NCBI RefSeq assembly: GCF_025526975.1
Contig: NW_026515678.1
Span: 62,001 to 126,000 of the forward strand
Length of the DNA stretch: 64,000 nucleotides
Direction of reading: 5' to 3'
Source of the DNA: Fimicolochytrium jonesii
Lineage: Eukaryota
Position numbers and translations under genes: made by a program. A model generated the notes under the pieces. The model was not told the DNA's origin. It saw nothing but the letters and a program-made list of their open reading frames with translations, and did not search any database. Shown piece after piece: positions 13,473 through 24,166 of the stretch; the stretch's first letter is position 1, and each line of letters starts with the position of its first letter.

Positions 13473-15378
13473 TCACGTCGCCCCCGACTCATTCCTCGCA
13501 ACATGCACCACCCCCTCAACCGCATAAAACGAAACATCAACATCTCTCTGCACAAAACGCTGCTTGACCTGCGCAGCCTGCCCTGTCTTCACCGGCGACT
13601 GATGCTGATTCAGAGCGCCGTTACTGCCATGCTTCTCCGCGGCGGCTTGTGCTGATCCTTTCGCTTGCACGTTGATGATCCGCCGGCCTTCTTGCGGGAA
13701 GGTTTCACCGGGCTCGACGATCCGCCCGTGCAGATCGTCGTCGTAGGTTACGTCGACTAGGGGACCGCCTATCAGTGCTGCCCATGCCTACGTAGCATAG
13801 GTTGTGTGAGAAGAGCGAGCGCTACGTGAGAGCAGGGGGAGGCTTGTCTTACCTCGCAGGCAGGCACATCCCACTTGTTTCCCCACACCGCTATCCGGCG
13901 CAGGTATTGGTTCCTGGGTAGCGATTTTGCGATGGCTAGGAGGCCTTTGCCCGTGATCCCGTTGTAGTCGATCCAGAGGCTGCAGTAGAGTTCCGCGTTA
14001 GATCAGGAGCAGGTGGTAGACAAATACATTGTTGTCCCGAGCTGTGCTCATCGTTCTTTTACGTTTGTAATGCGTAGTTGTTCTCCAACATCGAGGCCAC
14101 GGCATCCGCTCCCTCGTCTTTGATGGAGCATGAGCTCAGCTTGACGACGACCAGCGCCGGATGGCTATGCATTGCTCGGAACAATGCTACTCCGCCATCT
14201 CGCGTGATGTTATTGCTGCAGGTAGATGACATCCCGTCGTCAATCTCGTGGCTGGAATCCAACAAAGTTCGATTTACAACAAACCTCGACAAATCCAACT
14301 CGGCAATCCTCAAATTCGCCTTCACAGCCGTACTCCACCCATTAACCACATCATCATCACAAATCCTCATCTTCGCACACGCCACGTTCCTCAGCGTGAA
14401 GTTCCCAGTCTCCAGCATCCTCGTGACGTGCTGCATCACATCCGCCGCCACGGACGAGGAGAAGGTAGTACCCCGTGCAGAGTAGTTGTTACTGATGTTG
14501 AGGGTGATGAGCGAGGTGTTGTTGTGCAGGACCGTGCTGAGGGCGATGAGGGCGGTGGCGGTGAGGTAGGTGCGGGCGAGGTTGAGGGCTTCGAGGCTGG
14601 TATTTAGCTGGGAGAGGGGAAGATGTGTGAGGATTCGTGTAATAAGGCGAACTTCATTCTTCATGTACACACCTGCAGCATGTTGGCCATCTCCATCCCA
14701 CCCTCCTCACTCGCTCCATTCCCGCTCATGTCCAAACTCCGCAAAACCTCATTGATCTGTAACGCCTGCGCGATCGCCCCGACACCTTGCGGACCGATAT
14801 TGTTGTACCGCAGGTTCAGCGATTCCAGCGTCACGTCTTCCTATCCATAAGGAGTTAGTGCCGACTCACCACAACGTACTCCTGCAGTATAGTTACCCAC
14901 CTTCAACCAGCTTGCAATACTCTTAGCTCCTTCATCCCCAATCTCATTGCAACCCAGGTCGAGTTCGCGTAGGGCGACACCGCATGGAGCTAGCGGTTTG
15001 AGGAGGACGGGGATGTAGCTATCTGACAGCCGGGTGTAGGAGAGATCTGGTTGGTTGCCGTTTAGCTTGAATGCGTCTGGGATTGGTCTGAAATCGTGCG
15101 TAATATGATGTCGTAGGATTCATCAGGAGGAGAGGTAGAACGGTCGGTGCAGAACCAACGTCAGTACGGTTGACTTGACTTGGAATCCATGAGCTGTTCT
15201 TACCCTCCATCAGTTGCCTTCTCCAGCATCTATCCGACAGAAAGTAATGAGGAATTTGAACAACAAACATGTCTTAGCAATCGTTACATACCCGTCGTAG
15301 CGATGGCACCACGAACACATCTTTCTCCTCACACAAGCTGAGATAATGCGTCAAATAGTCGGCGATTTGTTCAGACAT
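13473..15378 (-). CDS. RNI-like leucine-rich repeat protein, LRRC34-like
   Basis: Repeats such as LDLGCNEIGDEGA, LNLRYNNIGPQGV and LSSCSIKDEGA. The C-terminal DVSFYAVEGVVHVA resembles the LRRC34 tail (from memory). Confidence 0.7.
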
Positions 15379-15709
15379 ATCAGAACAAGAACAGCCTTGC
15401 TAGACGGAAGATAAGGATATATGGCGCAGCTGCTCTGAAGTATTTTCGATGCTGGGCAAATCCTTTTGGGACCGAGCGGGCTTTCCACATCCTAGTTCTG
15501 ACAGCGACTTCGTATGAAATTGACAGCGCGCCTTGCGTAGTTAGGGTTAGCGCTGGGCGACGCGCTTGCCGCAGGGGTCAAGAGCACGATCTAACACTCG
15601 TTCTGTTCTTCTTCACCATTACAATAACGACACATGTAAGTATAGCTGCATCGACGACCCGATGGATCTACTGCACGACGGTGGGAATTCGGTTGAAGGG
15701 GTTACCGCC

Positions 15710-15779
15710 GATGGATAGATGGATGGATGGATAGATCGACGTGCTGAAATGGAACCGATCGAGCATGGATGGATGGATG
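15710..15779. repeat. (ATGG/ATAG)n microsatellite in the RPS12 5'UTR intron
   Basis: GATGGATAGATGGATGGATGGATAGAT and ATGGATGGATGGATG tracts. Confidence 0.8.
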
Positions 15780-16028
15780 TATTGTGGAGGGAGGCATTCG
15801 GTGGCCGTGACCATTTGCCGTGGCAACACCGAATTTGCGAAGGAAACGGGCCGACCGATTGAGAGCAGCAATATCAGGCGGGCAGTACGATCAACTGCGA
15901 GGAACCACCCGGGTTCTGTCTGGGCGGTACGGAATTTCGCAGAATCTGACCTGTTGCCGCCTTTCTCTCCCATAGTGAGGACGTCTGTCGACTCTTTATT
16001 AATCAATCCCCAATAACCAGTCGAAAAA

Positions 16029-16831
16029 ATGTCTACAGAAGGAGATGTTGTCGTTGAGGTGTCCGCTGACGAGGGTGAGTTTCCGGTGCAGACAGAACTA
16101 CTTCGCGAGCATGCCAACTCATTGCGGTTTTGGTACTAGTTGCTCCCCGCGGCTCCATGTCCGTTGAGGAGGCCCTCCAGGAGGTCTTGAAGAAGGCCCT
16201 CGTCCACGACGGTCTTGCCAGGGGTCTCAGGGAAGCCGCCAAGGCTTTGGACAGGTGAGGACTCGGAGTGACGCAAAAAAGACGGAATGCTGGGAAAGTT
16301 GGCTGTATGGACGACGGGACGCCTCGGGGATGATTTTGCACCTATCCTACATGTTTCAAGACGGGACTGAATGGCTTAGCCGTGATTGATATGCATACCA
16401 CTGAGGGGCGGAACGGAAGAATGATCTTGGAATGACGGTAAAGAGAGAGTCTGGATGAACAACCTTCTAACCAGCGATCATTCTCATTCATCAGGCGTCA
16501 AGCCCAGCTTTGCGTCCTCGTCGAGACCTGCACGGAGAAGGAGTACATCAAGCTTGTTGAGGCCCTCTGCGCTGAGCACGACATCAATTTGATCAAGGTC
16601 TCCGACGCCAAGAAGCTCGGAGAGTGGGCTGGTCTCTGCAAGATTGACCGTGAGGGTAACGCTCGTAAGGTTGTCGGATGCTCTTGCGTCGTTGTCAAGG
16701 ACGCCGGAGACGACACTGAGGCCATGAACGTCCTCCTCGAGGTAAGTTTTCATAAGCGTCCAATATGTTTCAGCACAACGACATATGGAATCTAAACTTC
16801 CCAATCCTTTCAGTACTTCCGTACCCGTTGA
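16029..16831 (+). CDS. RPS12: 40S ribosomal protein eS12 (exons 16029-16074, 16140-16254, 16495-16741, 16814-16831; probable 5'UTR intron 15636-16020)
   Basis: [27 protein letters not shown] and [28 protein letters not shown]. Canonical splice sites keep the frame. Confidence 0.97.
16320..16410 (+). ncRNA. Intronic box C/D snoRNA, U21(SNORD21)-like guide
   Basis: C-like ATGATTT at 16330. Guide TGTTTCAAGACGGG at 16352-16365 is complementary to LSU rRNA CCCGUCUUGAAACA. D' CTGA 16367-16370, C'-like GTGATTGA, D CTGA 16401-16404, terminal stem CGCCTC/GGGGCG. Confidence 0.88.
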
Positions 16832-18193
16832 GCTGGCACCTGACCTCGTTGAGCTAACCATGTCATAACGGTGTGACCCGGGGTTGCGTGGGAAGCCGTT
16901 GAAGCGAACTTGCTTGTAGCATACACAATTACATCTGATCACCTGAACATATCCGTTACATATCTTGCATGTTTTTGGGACCATGGTCTCTTGCTCATGT
17001 ACCTATCGATCTCGGCAGCCCAAGGTTGCTGCCTGCCACTTCCAGAGAAAGCTTGACCCTTGGGGAGACACTTTTGCAGGTTTCTCCGCACCTTCCACCC
17101 GAGAAACACTATTGGGGAGGTTTCACCCGCCCATAGAAACATTATTGGGGATCTGGAGGGGTTCTTCATTTTGCTCTGATAACTCGGATTCCACATATGC
17201 AGGAGGTTTCATTCTTGGTTCCACAACAGTGAGAAGGCATCCTTCGCTGGAAGGCCCTCACTTTCAACTGTCTCACAGAATTCTACGAGGTCTTCCACAA
17301 CGTGGCCAAACTCCATCCCAGTCAATCTCAGTCCACCAAAAGATCTCGCAACTGCGGCAACTCAGTCCTCACCACCGGCGCCCAACTCCAACCCAGTCCA
17401 TCGCGAGATTCTGCAACTAGCGTAAACGACCTTCAATCCTACCCTCCCAGGGTCACTATATGTCCGTTTGTGGCTCCCTTGATGCTATCCACTGTATCTG
17501 TTCATTTTGCTTTCGCCGACCATCCACCCCTTCCGGTTGCCGCTCCTCATCCGTTCCATCACCACGTTCCCGCATCACAAGAACATGCACGCTCGCATAG
17601 TCGAACAAGACGTCCAACCCACCAACCCCGCATCGACCACGTCCCGCACCCACCCCGCACACCACCCATATGCTCTACAGCCTGGCCTACGATCTCTCCA
17701 TCCCGCTGATCGATCTTCGGCGTTGCGAGCGACAGCCAAGCTCGGCGTCGTGATGGTACGGCGGGCTTTCTCCATCCGCCCAGAATAACCTCGGCTTCGA
17801 GAAGAACGGTTGGTTTCCATCGATCCACCCACCTCCTACCCACGTGAATGAAGCCACCTAATGAGACACACATTTTACAATCAGACACTTGCGCCATGAG
17901 CTTCTTCGCATGGAAGACCTGCGCGGATGAGGTTCGTCTTCGGGGGTATGTCATGCGTTCTACTAAGTCTAAACCAGTGAAGCTTAAATGTTACTGTTAC
18001 AAATTCACCGAAAATAACGCACTGTCGAAAAACCGTCAAACTTGATAAGCACGTCTCTGGCAAACTGGCTCAGCCGCCTCAGCCGCCTCGGGTACATAAG
18101 CCGAGGCGGGGATGCCTTCAGACTGTGAATCTCATGAACTATTTTACAGCACGCACCACAAACATTTCATTATCACAATCCAGCATCTCGAAC

Positions 18194-19512
18194 ATGACCC
18201 AGTCAAGGCATTCTGTCTCCGACCTTATCTACCAGTGCGAAGTCCGCCAATTCGCACGATACCGGCCAAAACCCACCACACCACGCACCTTCGTGCTTGA
18301 GAAAGTGATGCGATTTGAGAAGCAGCGCCTCGGCCTTATTGGCAAAAAATCCGTGAGCGACATTGTCGAGGAACTACATGACTACCTAGGTCTCGCCGTA
18401 GCGGCGGAAGGTATGGACTCATCATGTTTGCTGCTTTCCCGTGATGTCCGCTGACTTTCTGATGCCATTGCCATAGAAAATCGCCCTGCCGACGTCCCTA
18501 GCAGCGTCCCCATCTCGCTGTCCCCTGGTAGCCGCAGCCCCCCGTCGGCCTCCCACAAAGCGTCCACCGTCCCGCAAATCATGGCACCCGCCCCCGGCTT
18601 CTGCACCCTCCCCATCTCGGCCGACCTTGCCTTCGCAATCCCTCAACGCGATACCCTCGCCGACTACCAAAAGCGCCGCGCTCGCATCGCCGCCGAGTCC
18701 CAGTCCGCCCGCCCACCCGAGATGGGGACGGTGTCCCTCGGTAGCCGCATCCCCCCGTCGGCCCCCCACAAAGCGTCCACCGTCCCGCAAACCATGGCAC
18801 CCGCCCCCGGCTTTTGCCCCCTCCCCATCTCCGCCGACCTTGCCTTCGCAATCCCTCAACGCGATACCCTCGCCGACTACCAAGAGCGCCGCGCTCGCAC
18901 CGCCGCCGAGTCCCAGTCCGCCCGCCCACCCACCTTCAACCGTGACGCCTCCATCTGCAAAATCAGCGGAACCCAGGATGCGGGCTTGGAGACCATCCGG
19001 CCAGCGCCCTCCGACGACCCCGCCGTCCTGTTCCCGAAGCACTCATCCCACCACCAGAAAAAGAGCCACTCAATCAAATTCGGCCGTGTCATAAACAAGT
19101 TGAAGAAAGCCCTGTCCTTCCCACGTACAGGTGCGTTCCATTTTCAAAGCACCACTTTAGTTTCTCGCACTACCCGGGGTATTCCGTAATTCTTAATTTT
19201 GGATTTTCTTTTCGACCACGTATCGCAGATTATTCCACTCAACCCCTTGCTCACGCCGTTGATCGGGAGAGTTCGGCAGAGTCGGGTCCGGGATACCTGA
19301 CGGCTTGGCGGTTTTGTGTGATACCGCCGACGGAGAGACGGGGGACCCGTGCCGACCCAGGGGAAGGCAATTGTCCTCCGCCCTCCCCCCTCAGAATCTG
19401 GCTGGATTTCATCTTGAACATTTTGATCCCTTCCTTCCTGTGCCGCCGGACTTCACTCAACGGCTCCCATGACTTCCGACCATTCCTGAGGTCATGGCGA
19501 ATATTCTCTTAA
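18194..19512 (+). CDS. Orphan protein with internal 71-aa duplication (probable introns about 18411-18476 and 19131-19228)
   Basis: GT-AG introns join three ORF pieces in frame. No recognisable domain. Confidence 0.45.
18519..18928 (+). repeat. 213-bp tandem duplication (about 2 copies)
   Basis: ATGGCACCCGCCCCCGGCTT at 18581 and 18794; the flanking sequence is near-identical. Confidence 0.9.
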
Positions 19513-20745
19513 CGACAATGAGAAAAAGGTGTGTTGCGGATTGATGCTCGCTGCGTGTATTTGGACGGATATTGACCTCGATGTTTCTCGTTTCTCTGTA
19601 GTCGTTTACGTCTCAAGACGGAACTGTTCGCCCGCCTCGCCCGCGAACATAGATAGCACAGAAACACATATACCTCAGATAGTGTAGTTTGAAAGTTTGA
19701 AAGTTTGAAAGTTCAAAAAGAAAATGAAGTTCACCCCGTACGTTGCATATCATCGCAAACCCGGCAGCATGATCGTTATGTTTAATCGCAGCCTGTGGCG
19801 ACCGAGTTCGACAGCGCGTCACCTGCCGTCATTTTCCTCGGTGGGGCTCTCAACCAATATCAATGGAGCCGCTCGCCACGGCCGAAATGGGCAGATCCAC
19901 GGTCGCAGTCTCGCATGAACAGCGCACAAGAAATAACGAAGCAAGCAATTGCGTCTTCCGGGCTGTTCCCGGCAGCCCCCCCAGTCTGTCCAGATAAGAT
20001 TCGCGTTGTGGACGTATTAAGCAAATTTGAACCCATTTTCCTGCAAAATGCAGGCTCAAGTGACAAGGATCAAGATCACCGGCACGGCGGCACCTGTGTG
20101 GCCAGCTCTTCGGCCCGACAACCTGTCCGAAAGACCGCCGTGGTTGTATATCTAGATCTATCTGGTACAACCGGAAATTGCTCCGACTCTGGGGACCCTA
20201 TAACGGAAGTTACGGAACATAGCCTCTATGTACAAACAGGCTGATGTCGTGACTTTGTTACCGGCCCCCCAACACATCACCCGGTTGATATCCCATCGGG
20301 ACTAGAGGGGCACCCGGCGCTTTCGTATCGGCTATGGCGGAACCGCCAGTCACATTGCAGCGCTCAGCTGAATATCGCTGATGATGTTGCACCAGAAGGC
20401 TCTTGGCCAGGGGCCTCTATGCGACCTTCCGCCTGTGCGACCACACGGCAATTTTGAGAGCGGAAAATGCTTTGGAATCAGCGCCGATAATGAAAGGCTC
20501 ACAGTTGAGCAACAACCGGTTGGGGTCCATGATCACAAAGTATGCGAGCAACAGAGCGTAAAGCCTGCAGAGGCTTCACACGCCATGGCTAATCCTCAGC
20601 TTTGGCACTGGCATATGGCCCTCGCAGGTGCCAAGCCAGTGCAAATGGAGCCGTATAAAGGTGGGGACCCCATGCCCCTTCTGTCCTCTAGATCAACAGA
20701 GCTGGACTCTTAATTCTCGTTCAATTCTGCTTACCTCGGACAAAG

Positions 20746-23328
20746 ATGCTGCTCACGTCCGCCTTCTTCGCCCTCGCCATCGCCGGCACGGCGTCTGCCC
20801 AAACTCTGGGCAACCGATACGGCCTCCTCAGCGCCACTCGTCCCGAGATCGGATTCGCCAACTACAACACCGAGCAAAAGCTTCTGGTGGCGAACCAAGT
20901 GAAGGAGATGTTCAAGGTTTTTGTCCATCAGTACGAGAAGGAAGACGTCTATGGTGTGAATGCCCTCGAGAAAGTCGACAAAATCATCAAGGACGCCCCT
21001 GGCCTCAGCAACCGCGACTTCCAATACCGCATGGTTGCCCTCTTCCAATCCTTGAGGGACCTGCACACCAACTACTACGTGGCGGGTAATTAAGGTTTTT
21101 GGTCTATTATAACATTTTTGGCATCGGAAACTTACGCAACATACTCTGAATTTGGCACAGGCCCTCACAACTGCTACAACTTCGTCCAGCCCCTCCAGTT
21201 TGCGTTTGTCGAGTCGGAGGACTACTTGAAGAAACCTAAGATCGCGGTCAAGTCTTACACTGTCGACAAAAATGTCCTTGCCCGTGTGCCAGGCATTCAG
21301 GACAAAGTGAAGATCGGAGACCTCCTCACCAAGATTGACGGAAAGACATGGCCTGAATACTTCGACACGGTCAAGGCGGACACCGGAGGTGCCAACCAAT
21401 ACGGCGGATACCAGCGTGCTCTGCAACAGATCTCCAGCAAGCGTGGAAGGTCCTACAAGGTTCCCGCCAAGAACGCCCAGGTGTTTACCTTCCAGAGCTC
21501 CAACTCTACCTCCACCTTCGACATTACTGTCCCTTGGGTCACCGTTGCGAGCAAGGACTGCCTCGCTGATGCCCCCACCGGCGGTGCCGCTGATCCCAAA
21601 AACAATGCGTTGGGCAAGACTGAGCAGAAGTACCACGGAAAGCCTAAGAAGCCGCGGACCGATGACGCTTCCGTCGACGATTGGGGAACTGAGTTCTTCT
21701 CCAGCGACCTTCCCGCCGTTGCGTACGCTCCTACCGCGTCCTCCATCGTCTCCTACACCATCTACCGGAACAACGGAGCAAACCTCGGAGTCATTCGTCT
21801 TTCGGCCTTCACGGACAGCGCGCCTTCTGACGGAGAAACCACTGCTCTGAACGAGGTCAAGCGCCTTTTGACCGATGTCTTGGCCGACACCGACAGCATC
21901 GTTATCGATCTCCGCACCAACGGAGGCGGTTCCCTTGGCTTCGCCGACGTCATGCCCCAGTTCTGGGTCAACGCCCCTAACGGTTTTGACACCGGCTATG
22001 GCCGTGCCATCAACCACCCCAACAACGGTGCCCTCTTCAACGGCCCTGCCAACGAGGAGGATTGGGCTGCCGCTTACAACGCGACTCCCAAGGGCAACAA
22101 GTACACTAACACCATCAAGTTCAACGAGGCGTCCACCATGAACACCATTGGCCAGCTTTACCTCAGGCCCGTCGCTCTGCTGACCGACGCAAAGTGTTAC
22201 TCTGCTTGCGACACTTTCTCTGCTTCCATGCAGGACCACGGCTTCACCGTCTTTGGTGAAGACGCTACCACTGGCGCGGGAGGAGCGAACGTGATCGAAC
22301 ACCAGGCCAACCTCCAGGCGTGGGCCCCCAGCATCTACAAGCCTCTGCCATACCAAGAACTCGACAGCAACGGAAAAGCCCGCCTGGGTGTCTCAAACTT
22401 CCGTGTTGCATGGCGCCAGACCATCCGTACCGGCCCGAACAAGGGCAAGCTTATCGAGGACGCCGGTATCAAGTCGACATATCAACTCAGGCCCACCGTG
22501 CAGGACTTCGTTGCCGACGATGCAAAGGGAGTTTCCAGCCAATTCGATCGCATCGCCAAGTACTTCAAGACCAACTCCAACGAGCAGAAGAAGGCCGGGT
22601 TGTTGTTCCAGGCATCCCTCAACGCCACCACGGTGACCGTCGGCAAGACTTTCACCATCCCCTTCACCTCCCAAAAGATTAACACAATCGAGCTCCGCGA
22701 TGCTAACAACAAGGTCGTCACCAAGACCAACCCGACACCGGTTGACCAGAAGCACAAGGGTACTCTCGAGGTCGTCAACGGTGTCGCCACATTGGGCCGC
22801 AGCCTGTTCACCATCCAGGGTTTCAACGGGAACCAGCGAGTCCTTATTACCCGCAGGGAGTTCACCGTCATCCCCAACACCTCCGCGTACTTGAAGGTCG
22901 CCGCCGGCCAGAAGTACACTCTTGGCAGCAAGGATGAGTCTGCTTACACCCATGTGTACAACAACCCCACCAACAACGCTGCTGATGCCTGGCAATACAA
23001 GAACGGAAAGCTGGTGCTCGGAAACGGAATCAAGTACAAGTCCAATGTCGAGTCCGCCCTCAAGATCTTCGTCAACTTGCCCGCCTCCTCCAAGTTGTCC
23101 GCCACGTTCGACGTTGACTCTGAGAAAGACTACGATTACTTCTTCGTCACGGCGACTGACGCCAGCGGAAACACCGTTGAGCTGTACAGGACCTCTGGAA
23201 CCGTCGCCGCCACCGCCACCTGGCCCATTCCCTTCTCCGGCAATGTCTACCTCTCCATTGAGTTCACCTCTGACGGAGGTGTTGTTGGACGGGGTGCGAC
23301 CGTCAAGGACATCATCATTGGCTCTTAA
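20746..23328 (+). CDS. Secreted S41-family (tail-specific/CPAF-like) peptidase with PDZ-like region and C-terminal beta-sandwich; one intron 21086-21160
   Basis: Signal peptide MLLTSAFFALAIAGTASA. Motifs LRDLHT, IGDLLTKIDG, IVIDLRTNGGG, CYSACDTF and TGAGGANV. Confidence 0.88.
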
Positions 23329-24166
23329 TTTAGTTGAGCGACTATCACTAGACTTCGTTCCTCATCACACAGTAGACATACCCTGCACATTTACTAGTAG
23401 ATGTAATCTTTTTAGAAACATACGTAAATATCTCATCTGTAGATCGACGACGTTATGCAAATAAACGCTGTGACTTTTCTCTGTGAATGCCTTCCCATTC
23501 AATACATGACGGCCAGAATGTCTCGAAATGAATATCCGAGTGAAGTGCTATTACAAGGTGGTGTATTTTGCAGCGAAACACAACCTGCCGGAGCGCAAGG
23601 TTCTCTGTTACTTGGGCGGTGCCACTCTGTTTCCCAACTAAAGATTGTGAAGGTACTTCAAGGGAGCTTGCTGCTGCAAGGACAGTCTGCGATGGATCTG
23701 TGAATTCTCCTGCATTCGGCTCTTTCGGAGGGTTCAAGTTCTCCTGTCCCAAAGGATGGAAGCTATAATAGTTTGGCGCAAGTAAGGGTAGCGATATGAC
23801 AGCGTTCTCACGCGTCGTGACTGGCGGGCACTTTGAGCCTTTTGCCCCAGGGCTTCCCGAACTGAGATCGTTCGGACTTTGGACCCGGAATCGCATACAG
23901 GTTATCGCCCGCGAACTGCATCTGTTCATCGCCTACATATAGCTTCCGTCCCGAACGCTCTCGGTATTCCCGGTGCTCGAGTACTGTCCAAAAAGGGTGT
24001 CTCGTCGTAGGCTTTTTCAGTGCGAAGCTTTATGTTCGTGCAAGAGTAGTGTCCTTGGCGATCGACTACTGTGACAGCTGTAAACAGGCCGGAAAGCGAA
24101 AATAAGTCGAGGAGGGGAACTGTGTAGATTGGGCGACGACAGAAGACACCTTCCTCGTTACTCAAG

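Noticed and set aside
20731..22356. 541-aa antisense ORF (and similar ones opposite AMT, CCT2, HEM1 and TM9SF)
   Set aside because: Shadow ORFs expected from strong codon bias of the sense gene; no recognisable domains.
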